This document shows, in pieces, positions 34,182-44,055 of a stretch of DNA of 64,000 bases. The DNA is from a virus. Taxonomy: Duplodnaviria > Caudoviricetes. The stretch is taken from positions 5,484 through 69,483 of IMG/VR virus record IMGVR_UViG_3300010348_002226; one strand, 5' to 3'. The translations under genes and the position numbers were made by a program. Each line of letters starts with the position of its first letter. The first letter of the stretch is position 1. Under the pieces are notes generated by a model. It was not told where the DNA came from, did no database searches, and was given only the letters and a program-made list of their open reading frames with translations.

Positions 34182-35270
34182 ATGAACGAACCTTCCCCCT
34201 TCGTCCGCGGCATGGCCGCGCGCATCGCTGAATATCGGACGCTTGTCCGTACCACCGGGCAGACCCTCGCCGCCCGCAAGGTACAAGCCACGCGGCTGCA
34301 CACCCTCGCCCGCGTCCTCGCCCCGGGCACCGTGCCGACGCCTCCGAGCGACGCGGCCGCGCTCGCCGCGTGGTTCCTAGCGGCCGATGCCGCGATCGTC
34401 GCGGCGCAACCCGCCGCGGCCGCGCTCGTCCCGAGCCCGCTCGCCCCGGGTCTGGACGTCCTCATCACCGGTGGCCGCGCGAGCAAGCGCACGACGGCCC
34501 CGAAACCCGCGCCGGTGCCGCGCATCCAGGCGCCGCCCCCCGTCGCGCCCGATCCGCTCCCGCCGCCCGTGCGCGCGGCCGTTACGCTCGCCGACTTGCT
34601 CAACGACGCCCCCACCACGCGCGACGTCGCGCCGGCTCCCGTCGCGCCGGCCCCCGTCGCGCTCCCCTCCGACGTGCGCGCCGATCTGCGTGACGCCGTC
34701 GCGGCCGTCCAGGGTCTCACCGGGGCCGACGTGGGCGCGCGCCGCAACATCGCCCGCGCGCTCGCAACGCTCGCCGCGGCCGCAGAGCTCCACGTTCCGC
34801 CCGTGCGTCCCGACATCGACGGTGCGGGCCTCACGGAGTGGGCATGCGACGTGGCCGCGCTCCTCCGGCCCGCGCGCACGCCGACGCCCGAGCCCGAGCG
34901 CCCGCGCGGCCCGATCCGCCTGACTCCGGTGGAGGCGCTCAGCGCGATGCGTATCCCCGAGACACACATCCGCATCGTCTCGCCCCACGGCAGCACCTAC
35001 ACCTACGAGCTACGCCGCCCATTCAACGACGGCCCGATCTTCGTGCACGTCGACACCGGCAACGGAAAGCCCGCGTTCCTCGGAAGCATCTTCGCCGATG
35101 GGGAGTACCGACACGGCCGCAAGTCGCGGATTGCGCCGGACGCGCCCGAGGCGCGCGCCTTTGCGTGGGTCTACCACGCGGCCCGGACGGACCGTGGCTT
35201 TGGCCCCGTCGACGTCTACGACGTGACCGACGCTCCGGCGGACGACGCCACCGCGCCCGCCATGCACTGA
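34182..35270 (+). CDS. Ala/Pro-rich protein with a globular C-terminal domain
   Basis: C-terminal YRHGRKSRI.PDAP...AFAW. Confidence 0.75.
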   Translation: MNEPSPFVRGMAARIAEYRTLVRTTGQTLAARKVQATRLHTLARVLAPGTVPTPPSDAAALAAWFLAADAAIVAAQPAAAALVPSPLAPGLDVLITGGRASKRTTAPKPAPVPRIQAPPPVAPDPLPPPVRAAVTLADLLNDAPTTRDVAPAPVAPAPVALPSDVRADLRDAVAAVQGLTGADVGARRNIARALATLAAAAELHVPPVRPDIDGAGLTEWACDVAALLRPARTPTPEPERPRGPIRLTPVEALSAMRIPETHIRIVSPHGSTYTYELRRPFNDGPIFVHVDTGNGKPAFLGSIFADGEYRHGRKSRIAPDAPEARAFAWVYHAARTDRGFGPVDVYDVTDAPADDATAPAMH

Positions 35271-35373
35271 CCGACGACGCACGATCCCTACGATCGTGAC
35301 GTCGCGACGCTCGCCCACCCTACGGTTGGCGCGCGTCGCGACGGACAACCCGTCGAGAAAGAACCACCGCACC

Positions 35374-36339
35374 ATGGCCCACGAAATCTTCGACAACGAT
35401 TCGCTTTTCCTCACCATTAAGCCCGCGTGGCACGGCCTCGGGACCGTGCTCGACCGCGCGCCCACCACGGCGGAGGCGGCCGCGCTCGCCTTCGCCCGCC
35501 GCGACGGTCGGCCCGGCCCGTGGACGGTCGAGCGACGCCCTCTCTTCCTCGCAGACGGCACGCTCATCGAGTCGCACGTCGCCACGATCCGGACCGACAC
35601 CGGCGAAGCGCTCGGCGTCGTCGGAGCGCGTTACGAGCCGGTGCAGCCCTCCGCCCTGTACGAAGCGGCTGCCCCGATCGTCGAGACCGGCCGCGCCCAC
35701 TGGGAAACCGGCGGCTCGCTCCGCGGCGGCGCGCTCAACTGGGGCCTCCTCGCGCTCGATCCGATGGAGATCGGGCAGGGTGACGCGATCCGCCCCTACC
35801 TCCGCGTAGACAACGCGCACGACGGAACCCGCGCGGTCTCGCTCGGATTCACCAGCGTGCGTATCGTGTGTGCGAACACGCTGGCCATGTCGCGCGGCGA
35901 GGCGCGCTCCACCACGTTCCGGCTCCGCCACACCGCGAACGTGCAGACGCGGCTCGACGAGGCGGCGAACATCCTTGCGCAAGCAGAGCGACTCACCCAC
36001 GAGACCGTGAAGGAGGCGCGGCGCATGGCCTCGCGCCGCGTCACGAAGAGCGAAACGGACGCGTATTTCGCTGCCATCTTCCCCGACGCCGAGACCCCGC
36101 GTGGACAGTCGCGCGTCGAGAATCTCCGCGCCGAGCTTCGTACGGCCATGCGCACCGCGCCCGGTGCCGATCTCCCGACGGCGCGTGACACCGCCTGGGG
36201 GCTCTACAACGCCGTAACGTTCTTCACGTCCCACGAGCGCGGCGACGATGCCGCCAAGCGGCTCGACGCGCTTTGGTTCGGCACCGGCGCGGATCTGAAC
36301 GAGACGGCGCGCGACGCCGCGCTCGCCCTCGCGTCCTGA
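35374..36339 (+). CDS. DUF932/DUF945-like protein
   Basis: AWHGLG, ETGGSLRGG, NAHDG, RIVCANTL, TAWGLYNAV. Confidence 0.9.
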   Translation: MAHEIFDNDSLFLTIKPAWHGLGTVLDRAPTTAEAAALAFARRDGRPGPWTVERRPLFLADGTLIESHVATIRTDTGEALGVVGARYEPVQPSALYEAAAPIVETGRAHWETGGSLRGGALNWGLLALDPMEIGQGDAIRPYLRVDNAHDGTRAVSLGFTSVRIVCANTLAMSRGEARSTTFRLRHTANVQTRLDEAANILAQAERLTHETVKEARRMASRRVTKSETDAYFAAIFPDAETPRGQSRVENLRAELRTAMRTAPGADLPTARDTAWGLYNAVTFFTSHERGDDAAKRLDALWFGTGADLNETARDAALALAS

Positions 36340-36447
36340 CACCGTCTCGCCCGCCCTACCGCCGAGCTTGCTCGGCGCGTGGGGCATGCGCGCGAATCCT
36401 CGCGCTCATGCCCCGCGCCCAACGCGCGGAGAAGAAAGCAACGCACC

Positions 36448-36933
36448 ATGACCAACTACACCGAAGCCACGTTCGCCGGCCCGCTCTTCCGCCACCGCAC
36501 CAGCCAGGGTCTCGTGGCGACGTACTACAGCGCCTCCCAGACGGAGCACGACGATCGCGGCAAGCAGCGTCGCGCCCTTGAAATGATCGCTGGTGATCTG
36601 CCCGCAGGCACGTGTGTCACGTTCGACATGACGAGCCGGCAGCACGTCCGCGCGCTCTTCGACACGATCGATTTCCCGTGGGTCACACTCGCGAGCATCC
36701 TGCGGGACCACTGGCCATTCTTCGACCTCGCTCCCATCGAGGGGGACGCGTCCGCGGCGCTCGTCGCGCTCGTCGAATGCCTTGACAACACGGGCGAACA
36801 CGCGCGCTGTTTCGTGTCCGACCGCATGCGCGCGCGCCGCCGCTGGAACGACCTCCCGAAGGCGTTTCGGGCGTGCGCCTGGGATCTGGCAACCCGCGGC
36901 GAACTCGCCGCGCACCTCCCCACCCGCGGCTGA
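36448..36933 (+). CDS. Hypothetical early protein
   Basis: GCACCATG leader. Confidence 0.7.
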   Translation: MTNYTEATFAGPLFRHRTSQGLVATYYSASQTEHDDRGKQRRALEMIAGDLPAGTCVTFDMTSRQHVRALFDTIDFPWVTLASILRDHWPFFDLAPIEGDASAALVALVECLDNTGEHARCFVSDRMRARRRWNDLPKAFRACAWDLATRGELAAHLPTRG

Positions 36934-37041
36934 CACCGGCCGCCCCGATTGATCGCGCCTCGCTCCGGCGCACGAGCCCTCCCGGCTCGCGCGTCGCATG
37001 GGATGCACGATCCCCCAGAACCCCAGAAAGAACCGCGCACC

Positions 37042-37308
37042 ATGACGACCGCGGAAAAGGAATGGATCTGTACGCGCGCCGACCGCGTCGAAGCGTACTA
37101 CCCAAGCTGGCTAGCGCTTCGCGACCGGCAACATCGTCGCTGGAATCGCATGGACGGCGATCAGCAGGCAGCCTTCGACGCCGACTGCAAGCGCCGCGCG
37201 GCGACGCTGCACTACCGCGCATGGGATGGCGACGTCTTCATCGACATCCGCGAATCCGACTACCGATACGCTATCGCGCGCGGACTTCCGCACAGTGCAC
37301 CAACCTGA
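37042..37308 (+). CDS. Hypothetical early protein
   Basis: GCACCATG leader. Confidence 0.65.
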   Translation: MTTAEKEWICTRADRVEAYYPSWLALRDRQHRRWNRMDGDQQAAFDADCKRRAATLHYRAWDGDVFIDIRESDYRYAIARGLPHSAPT

Positions 37309-37332
37309 TCTGCATGAAGGAGACCCCGCACC

Positions 37333-37776
37333 ATGACAGCCAAGTACATCCGCGAAGCGACGATCACCTACCGAAGGACCGACGCGGTCGCGCCGCGCGT
37401 CTTCTCGTCGGCCAGCGTCGTTGACGTCTTCCGCAACCTCATTCCCGACGGACCGCAGGAACACTTCGTAGCGCTCGCGCTCGACAACAATAACCACGTG
37501 ATCGGCTCCTTCGTTGCCGGCATCGGGACGCATTCGTCCGCCGTCGTCGACCCGTCGGCCGTGTTCCGCTTCGCCCTCCTCGCCGGCGGCTCGCGCGTCA
37601 TCCTCGCCCACAACCATCCGAGCGGAGACCCGACGCCGAGCGAGGACGACACCGCGATCACCGGACGCCTTTGCGATGCCGGACGCCTGCTCGGAATCGT
37701 CGTGCTCGACCACGTGATCCTCGGGGATCGCCGGGTCTTCAGCTACCTCGACGCGGGCATGCTGCCCACGTCGTGA
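37333..37776 (+). CDS. radC: RadC-like JAB domain protein
   Basis: EHFVAL, ILAHNHPSGDPTPSEDD, VLDHVI. Confidence 0.92.
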   Translation: MTAKYIREATITYRRTDAVAPRVFSSASVVDVFRNLIPDGPQEHFVALALDNNNHVIGSFVAGIGTHSSAVVDPSAVFRFALLAGGSRVILAHNHPSGDPTPSEDDTAITGRLCDAGRLLGIVVLDHVILGDRRVFSYLDAGMLPTS

Positions 37777-37809
37777 TCCCGCCCACCCTACCGCAACGGA
37801 GACTGCACC

Positions 37810-38028
37810 ATGACCACCAAGCTGAAGCGATATTCGATCTGGAACGCGCGCACGGGCCGTGTGATCGGCAACGCGCTTGTCCACACTGCACGAAACGAAG
37901 AAGCCGCGTTCAACAAAGTCGCGCGAGACCTAGGCTTTCGCAACGGTCGGCACTTCGCCAATCGTGCGCTCGGGATGAGCCTCGACGATGCGATGGCCAT
38001 GTTCACCTTCGAAATCACGGAGCACTGA
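37810..38028 (+). CDS. Small early protein
   Basis: GCACCATG leader. Confidence 0.65.
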   Translation: MTTKLKRYSIWNARTGRVIGNALVHTARNEEAAFNKVARDLGFRNGRHFANRALGMSLDDAMAMFTFEITEH

Positions 38029-38029
38029 C

Positions 38030-38458
38030 ATGAGCAGCATCATCCAGCTTCTCGCCCGTCCCGACAGGTCCACGTGGCTTGTCTCGGGCTACGCCTTCGA
38101 GGACGAGCCCCTGATCAAGCTCCTCGCTTACCGCGTCTACGCGCCCATCGACGACGCGCCCGCGCGCGTCTCCTCCGGACGGGCCTACGCAGGACCCCGC
38201 GAGGCCAGCTATCGCACGTCCACGGGTTTCGAGCGCCGCCTGGTGTGGGACCCGACGAAGCCGGCCGACAAGATCGCGACCCTCCCCCTCCCCGCGCACT
38301 TCCCCGGCGTCCGGCGGAAGATCGAATACCGCGGCTGCGTCTTCTCCGCCGTGGGGAAGAACGGCGACCGCAAGATGCTTCTCAGCGTGACGGACGAATA
38401 CGTGGCCGGCGTCATCGCCACCGCGTTTCCGACCATCGCCCTGCACGACCCGAAGTGA
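38030..38458 (+). CDS. Hypothetical protein
   Basis: Follows the previous stop by 1 nt. Confidence 0.6.
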   Translation: MSSIIQLLARPDRSTWLVSGYAFEDEPLIKLLAYRVYAPIDDAPARVSSGRAYAGPREASYRTSTGFERRLVWDPTKPADKIATLPLPAHFPGVRRKIEYRGCVFSAVGKNGDRKMLLSVTDEYVAGVIATAFPTIALHDPK

Positions 38459-38498
38459 CTCCGCAACGAAACCCCAGCAGCAGAAAGAACCACCCACC

Positions 38499-39101
38499 AT
38501 GACGACCATCGACACCTACAACTTCTCCCAGTTCCGCGCGTGCCTGGAGGCTGCGCTCGTCTGCACGTCGAAGGACCTCGCGCGCCCGAGCCTCACGCGC
38601 ATCGAGGTCAACGAGGCGCACATGCACGCGACCGACGGATACCGTCTCCTCCGGGTCGGCCGGCTGGAAGTCGCGCCCGGGACCACGACTGCGGAGAGCC
38701 ACATGCGCCGACGTGTCCACATTCCGCGCGCGGACGCCGAGTGGTTCCTGAAGGCGTACCCCGCGAAGGCGGCGGGTGGCTTCCCCGGCGTCCTGACGAT
38801 CACGGACGACGCCATTCGCTACGACGCCGAGACGCTCCGCAAGTGGAGGCCCGTCGACGTCGGCGCCTTCCCCCACGTCGACGCCGTGATCCCGGCTGCG
38901 AAGACGGAGCCGCCCCCCTGCCCGACGATCGGCTTCACGCTCGCCTACATCGGCGACACGCAGAAGATCGGGAAGGCGATCGGCGCGACCGAGACCGTGC
39001 TCCTCGGGTCGCACATCGAAAGCAACCTCTCCCCCACGCTCTGGCACATGAAGGGGGACGACTTGAGCGCCCTCTACGTGCTCATGCCCGTCCGGATCTG
39101 A
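38499..39101 (+). CDS. Truncated DNA polymerase III beta-clamp-like protein
   Basis: RPSLTRI, ATDGYRL, FPHVDAVIP, YVLMPVRI; only 200 aa. Confidence 0.7.
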   Translation: MTTIDTYNFSQFRACLEAALVCTSKDLARPSLTRIEVNEAHMHATDGYRLLRVGRLEVAPGTTTAESHMRRRVHIPRADAEWFLKAYPAKAAGGFPGVLTITDDAIRYDAETLRKWRPVDVGAFPHVDAVIPAAKTEPPPCPTIGFTLAYIGDTQKIGKAIGATETVLLGSHIESNLSPTLWHMKGDDLSALYVLMPVRI

Positions 39102-39194
39102 AGCCTGCGCGTCGACTTCGGTCGACGCTCGGCGCGTGCACGCGAAGCCTCGCGTTCACGCGCCGCGCAACCCGCGGAGAAAAGAGAATGCACC

Positions 39195-39629
39195 ATGATG
39201 AGTTTCATCGGGAAGATCGGACCGGACACTGCAACCCTGCAGAAGAACGCCGAGAGCGTTGCGATCGCCGCGCTCCGCGCGACGGGCCTTCCGCAGGTCG
39301 AACGTCTCGGGGACGTGCTCGCGGCGCACGTTGCCGCGCACGGTCTGGACGTGAAGACGCTCGCGTTCATCTACCGGCTCATCGAGCCGATGGGTGGGCC
39401 GCGAGTCGGGCGCGCGGCCTCTGCCCTCCTCCACGCGGGCAACGCACTTTACGTCGCGCAAAACTTCGACATGCACATGACCGACGACTTCGGGCCCGCC
39501 GACCTCGGGCACTTCGACGACGGCGTGAGCAACGTCTACCAGGCCGCGCGTCTCGTCGCGCAGATCGAGTCGCTCGCCAAGCATCAGCCTCCCGCCGGCT
39601 CGCGCGGGTCGCGGAAGGGGCACGGGTGA
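39195..39629 (+). CDS. Hypothetical early protein
   Basis: GCACCATG leader. Confidence 0.65.
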   Translation: MMSFIGKIGPDTATLQKNAESVAIAALRATGLPQVERLGDVLAAHVAAHGLDVKTLAFIYRLIEPMGGPRVGRAASALLHAGNALYVAQNFDMHMTDDFGPADLGHFDDGVSNVYQAARLVAQIESLAKHQPPAGSRGSRKGHG

Positions 39630-39871
39630 ACGTCATGGTCACGATCGATCAACTCGCCGTCGAAATCGAACGGCTGACCGGCTGCCGCGTCGCGTATAGC
39701 GTCGCCTCGCACCACTACGACCGCCAGTGGTACGTCCTGACCGTGCTCACCGTGCCCGAGGGACCCTACAGCGGCACCTACGACGGCACCGGAGCGGGCC
39801 CCACGCACACGAGCGGTCTCACGAGCGCGCTCGCCGACGTGCTCGTGGCCCTGCGCGCAAAGCGCGCGTAG
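39626..39871 (+). CDS. Small hypothetical protein
   Basis: GTGA overlap. Confidence 0.55.
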   Translation: MNVMVTIDQLAVEIERLTGCRVAYSVASHHYDRQWYVLTVLTVPEGPYSGTYDGTGAGPTHTSGLTSALADVLVALRAKRA

Positions 39872-39925
39872 GGCGGGCGAGCGCCCACAACGAAGCGACG
39901 TCCCTAGCAGAAGGAGAGAACCACC

Positions 39926-40216
39926 ATGCCCACCTTCGACTGGATGACCGTGCGACGCGGAGACGTGCTCCGCATCAACGGCTCGCGGCCGTGCGTCGTG
40001 ACTGGGGTCACGCTCCGGAAGAACGGCGGGCTCGACATCGCGCTCGCGAGCACGAACGGCGCTCCGCGCGGCCACGTCTACACGTCGACGGCCCCGCGAG
40101 CCCCCGCCGTTTGGGCACGCGCGACCGGCCGCCCCGATCGCGACGAGACCGTGACTACGGTCGAGTTCGCCGGCCCCAACACCCTCGACCCGCCCCCGAA
40201 GAAGGACAAGCCATGA
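39926..40216 (+). CDS. Small hypothetical protein
   Basis: SD GAAGGAG. Confidence 0.65.
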   Translation: MPTFDWMTVRRGDVLRINGSRPCVVTGVTLRKNGGLDIALASTNGAPRGHVYTSTAPRAPAVWARATGRPDRDETVTTVEFAGPNTLDPPPKKDKP

Positions 40217-40395
40217 GACCGGACCTTGTCTTCGTGATCCCCGCCCCCGACCATCTTGGGTATCTTCGCCCTACGCGCGTCGAGCCCATCGCGCTCACGC
40301 CGCGCGCGCCGCGTACCGTGCTCGTGATCACGTGGCAGAACCACAACCTGACGATCGACTCCTACACCACCACCACGAAAGGACACGCACGATGA
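40213..40395 (+). CDS. Small hypothetical protein
   Basis: ATGA overlaps. Confidence 0.5.
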   Translation: MRPDLVFVIPAPDHLGYLRPTRVEPIALTPRAPRTVLVITWQNHNLTIDSYTTTTKGHAR

Positions 40396-40904
40396 ATCCC
40401 CTCGTCTCGCTCGCCTGGCTCATCTTCGACGACCCGGGCCCGATCCTCCGCCTGCGTGCGCGCCACGTCGACGTCGCGCTCGCCCGTACCGACGAGCCCC
40501 GCCGCATCTACGATGCGATCGTCGACGGCCCGGCCCGCATCGTCGTCTCCTTCGCTGACGCGACGTACTTCGCCACCTGGGCGAACGCCGAGACGGGCGA
40601 AGACTGCGCGCGCGTCGAAGCGCTCGACGTGCACACGACCTCCGCGCTCGACCTCGGGCCCGTGTGGGGGCTGCACGCCGAGGCGGCCCGGAAGGTCGAC
40701 CGCGACGCGCACCGCGACGCGCTCATCACCATGACGTCGATGCCCCACGAGCGCATCGCGACCCACCTGCGCGACGGCACGATCGATACGTGCGTCGTAC
40801 TCCCCGACGCCGCGCGCCCTGCGGCCTACTTCCTGGCCCGGTACGCCTACGAGCTTCGCGGCATGCTCGTCGGGATCGCACAACCCTGTCGCGCGGAGGC
40901 ATGA
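40392..40904 (+). CDS. Hypothetical protein
   Basis: SD AAAGGA; start MNPLV. Confidence 0.65.
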   Translation: MNPLVSLAWLIFDDPGPILRLRARHVDVALARTDEPRRIYDAIVDGPARIVVSFADATYFATWANAETGEDCARVEALDVHTTSALDLGPVWGLHAEAARKVDRDAHRDALITMTSMPHERIATHLRDGTIDTCVVLPDAARPAAYFLARYAYELRGMLVGIAQPCRAEA

Positions 40905-40908
40905 AGCC

Positions 40909-41340
40909 ATGGCACGTCAACGCAGCAAGAGCCCCAACGTGGGACGCACTGTCCAGCAACCGCCCGCCGTGCAGTCCTTCGAGGCCGCGGAGATCGAGGC
41001 GAGGCTCGACAACTGGCGTCGGCGACTCTATCTCGCCGACAAGAAGGCGCACGAGAGCTTCGAGGAGTTCCTGGAGGATGACTTCGACGTCGACAACTTC
41101 GTTCCGCGCGGTGACCTCGACATGCTCGACGACAAGGGGCGCGAGCGCATCGAAGGGACGCGCGACGAGATCCAGGTGCGGCTCCTTCGGATGGAGGCCG
41201 CGTGGAAGAACCTGCAGAGCAGGCTCGACGTCGCGTGCAGTCTGCTCGAAGACCTCGCCCAGGTCGCGCCCGACTCCGTCGAGAAGGCGGAAGCAATCGA
41301 CTTCCTGGAGTCGCCCGAGTGGAAGCAGGCCCGGCAGTGA
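40909..41340 (+). CDS. Acidic coiled-coil hypothetical protein
   Basis: Codon bias; overlaps the recombinase start. Confidence 0.7.
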   Translation: MARQRSKSPNVGRTVQQPPAVQSFEAAEIEARLDNWRRRLYLADKKAHESFEEFLEDDFDVDNFVPRGDLDMLDDKGRERIEGTRDEIQVRLLRMEAAWKNLQSRLDVACSLLEDLAQVAPDSVEKAEAIDFLESPEWKQARQ

Positions 41341-42239
41341 CCGACCTCGACAACTTCTACCGGGTGCTCCTTCAGGTAGGCTTTCAGCCATCCACGGCGA
41401 AGCGGTACACGCTCGCGCTCCGGCACGTAGCGGAGATCGGGGGAGAGAACGCCCCGATCACCGACACGACGAAGGCGGCCGCGCGCCGGTGGGACGCGTG
41501 GAAGGGCAAGCCTCCCGAGGGGCCCGTCACGCAGGCCGTCAACCACCTGCTCCGCCGGCTCGAAGCTCCGGACGTCGGAATCGTCTCCCGCGTCACGCAG
41601 AAGCGAGCCGGCCAGACCCGACGCCTCCACGAGGCGAAGAGCATCCCCGACGACGAATGGCAGCGGCTCGTCTACCACACGCTCGTCGACGACACGATCG
41701 AATCGATCGTGCTCGGGCTGCTCTACGCGACGGGCCTACGCGTCGGCGACGCGCTCCGCATCGATCGGCTCGCCGTCGAACGGGGCGAGACGACAGGACG
41801 GGTCGAGCTGACCGCGAAGGGTGGCGAGCGTCGCATCCTCCCGTGGGCCGGCGCGCCCGACACCTGGGCATCGGTGGCCGCGCTCTTCCGGCGCTACCCG
41901 CGCTCGCTCATCACGCTCGCCGACGTGGTCGCCGACGAGACCGACGCGGACGTCTCGTCGTCGGGCGCAGCCTACAAGGCACTCGAACGCGCGCTCCGGC
42001 GGTACGCGGCGCAAGCCGGGATCACCGAGCGCATCTACCTCCACCGCATCCGCCGCACGGTCGCCGTCCAGGCTCTTCGCCTCACGGAAGACCCGACGGC
42101 CGTGCAGCAACTCCTCGGGCACCGGTCGCTGATGACCACCGCCCGCTACCTCGACGAGGCCCGGCCCGAAGCCCTGGCCGGCCTACAGTCGAAGCTCCGC
42201 GACACGTTCCTGAACCCGAAGCCGAAGAGGACCCGATGA
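41337..42239 (+). CDS. Tyrosine recombinase (Xer-like size)
   Basis: YATGLR, HRIRRT, QLLGHRSLMTTARY. Confidence 0.92.
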   Translation: MTDLDNFYRVLLQVGFQPSTAKRYTLALRHVAEIGGENAPITDTTKAAARRWDAWKGKPPEGPVTQAVNHLLRRLEAPDVGIVSRVTQKRAGQTRRLHEAKSIPDDEWQRLVYHTLVDDTIESIVLGLLYATGLRVGDALRIDRLAVERGETTGRVELTAKGGERRILPWAGAPDTWASVAALFRRYPRSLITLADVVADETDADVSSSGAAYKALERALRRYAAQAGITERIYLHRIRRTVAVQALRLTEDPTAVQQLLGHRSLMTTARYLDEARPEALAGLQSKLRDTFLNPKPKRTR

Positions 42240-42736
42240 CCAAGAAGACCACCACCACCACGCAGCTCTCGTTCTACATCGACACCGACGAGCTGGACCC
42301 GAACGACGTCGTCCCGAACGTGCCTGACGCCGACGACTGCACGCCCGACTACGTCAGCATGGTGCGCGAGGTCGGCATGCTCCAGCTCACGACCGACCAC
42401 GCGCTCGACGTGCTCGAATCGTTCGCCACGCACGCCGAAGACAGCATGCTCCCGACGGCGGCCGCGACGTTCCGGTCGCTCGCGCTCGCGCTCCGGGGGC
42501 CCTTCGTGAACGACACGCTTCACGAGATCACCGCCGATCTCGGCATGGCGCGTACCGAACCGAGCCACATCACCCGTGTGCGCAACAGGCTGGATGGGGC
42601 CAAGATCCACGTCGGGCGCACCTATGCCACGGCTGTGCACCTGGCCGAGGTCTTCAACCTCGACCCGAGCTACACGTCGGGCGAAGACGAAGACGAAGAC
42701 GAGGACGAGCCGGAAGACGACGAGACGGAAGACTGA
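42236..42736 (+). CDS. Acidic hypothetical protein
   Basis: ATGA overlap; D/E tail. Confidence 0.7.
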   Translation: MTKKTTTTTQLSFYIDTDELDPNDVVPNVPDADDCTPDYVSMVREVGMLQLTTDHALDVLESFATHAEDSMLPTAAATFRSLALALRGPFVNDTLHEITADLGMARTEPSHITRVRNRLDGAKIHVGRTYATAVHLAEVFNLDPSYTSGEDEDEDEDEPEDDETED

Positions 42737-42816
42737 CCCCATTCCCGCTCGCCCGGTAGGGCGGGCGGGCCCACGACAACGACACCGCAACCATCCAACC
42801 AGAAACGAGACCCACC

Positions 42817-43302
42817 ATGCGCAAGTTCATCTTCGGGACGCTGTTCCCGGTCTACATCGGAGCCCTGCTCGGGCTCGTCCTCAGCCTCTTCCTCTCGGGC
42901 TGCAACGACGCCGGGCCTCCGACCTTCCGGTCGGCCGTCTACGCGTGCAGCATGTCCGGAGGACTCACGTCGTACGACACGATGGGCGGCTCGACGACGA
43001 GCCCCATCCTGAACCACCCGGTCACGCTCGACGTGCCGGCGAACCTCGTGTCGATCGCGGCGCAGCCGTACCCGTTCACCTACGGTCTGAGCCAGCCCAT
43101 CGACGACGGCACCGTCATGCGCTGGCTCCCGGTCGGACTCATCGGCGGAGGGACCGACGGGACGATCGCCCCGACGAGCGTCGTCCGCTACCAGTACGAT
43201 CTCGCCCCCGGGCAGCTCCGGCTCGACATCCTGGAGACCTACGCGGACGGCTCGTCTCTCCGAACGACGCTCACGGGCACGTGCACACCAGGAGGCGTGT
43301 GA
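42817..43302 (+). CDS. Lipoprotein
   Basis: Signal peptide with lipobox LSGC. Confidence 0.75.
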   Translation: MRKFIFGTLFPVYIGALLGLVLSLFLSGCNDAGPPTFRSAVYACSMSGGLTSYDTMGGSTTSPILNHPVTLDVPANLVSIAAQPYPFTYGLSQPIDDGTVMRWLPVGLIGGGTDGTIAPTSVVRYQYDLAPGQLRLDILETYADGSSLRTTLTGTCTPGGV

Positions 43303-43577
43303 TGCGCGGCGTCATCGAACTCGTCCTCGTCGTGCTGCTCAGCGCGGCGTTCGGCGCCCTCGCGTCCGCATGGGCCAACCACCTGCGACCCGATGCGCCT
43401 CGGGCGACGCTGGCGCCGCGCCAGCACGCCGAGCGCTGGCGAGTCACCCTCAACACCGCGGGCGTCGCGTGCACGCCGCCGGACAGCCGTGGGACGTCGT
43501 CGTGCCTCATCGACGGCTCCAGCGGGATCGCACGGCTCCTCTGCGACGCCCGCGGCTGCACTCCGGTCGGTCCATGA
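43302..43577 (+). CDS. Secreted or membrane Cys-containing protein
   Basis: N-terminal hydrophobic segment. Confidence 0.6.
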   Translation: MRGVIELVLVVLLSAAFGALASAWANHLRPDAPRATLAPRQHAERWRVTLNTAGVACTPPDSRGTSSCLIDGSSGIARLLCDARGCTPVGP

Positions 43578-43698
43578 CCTTGCCCGGCCTTCGGCCGGGG
43601 GCTAGGATGGGTTTTCCAGCGGCGACACGGCTTCTACGGAAGTACCGTCACCAACCTCGGGAGGGGGCACGTCCAAGGCGTGACCCCTTTCGTCTTTC

Positions 43699-44055
43699 GT
43701 GAGGTCCATCGTGGCTCGCCGCCGCATCCGCCCCCTCGTCCCTCCGCCCTTTGACGCGCTGCTTGGCGCCGTCGACGTCACGCCCGCGACCGAAGAAGAC
43801 CACCTGCTCTTCGACGTGCTCGGGCTCATCGGCCGGGAGATCCGAGCGCAGACCCGCGTCGTCGAGAAGCTCGACGCCGATGTCCAGCAGCTTGCCCCGC
43901 TCGCCGACCTCTCCCCGCTGCAGCGGCGCGCCTTCCAGCGCGCCCGCCGCAGGTTCGCCCTCGCGATCGCGAAGCTCGACCAGCACGAGCGCGCGCACGC
44001 CCTCATCCGACGCATCGCCAACGACCGCATCCCTCGAAAGGACCCAGCACCATGA
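43699..44055 (+). CDS. Hypothetical protein
   Basis: Overlaps the next start; start uncertain. Confidence 0.5.
   Translation: MRSIVARRRIRPLVPPPFDALLGAVDVTPATEEDHLLFDVLGLIGREIRAQTRVVEKLDADVQQLAPLADLSPLQRRAFQRARRRFALAIAKLDQHERAHALIRRIANDRIPRKDPAP

Noticed and set aside
42685-42735. GAAGAC/GAGGAC short repeats
   Set aside because: They simply encode an acidic D/E tail.
40664-42736. 690-aa ORF overlapping the recombinase
   Set aside because: Off-frame low-complexity sequence; only the last 166 aa (from ATG 42236) look real.
33571-44054. Kozak-like (G/C)CACCATG suggesting a eukaryotic host
   Set aside because: Each is preceded by a Shine-Dalgarno-like purine tract, and operons, sigma factor and promoters are bacterial.
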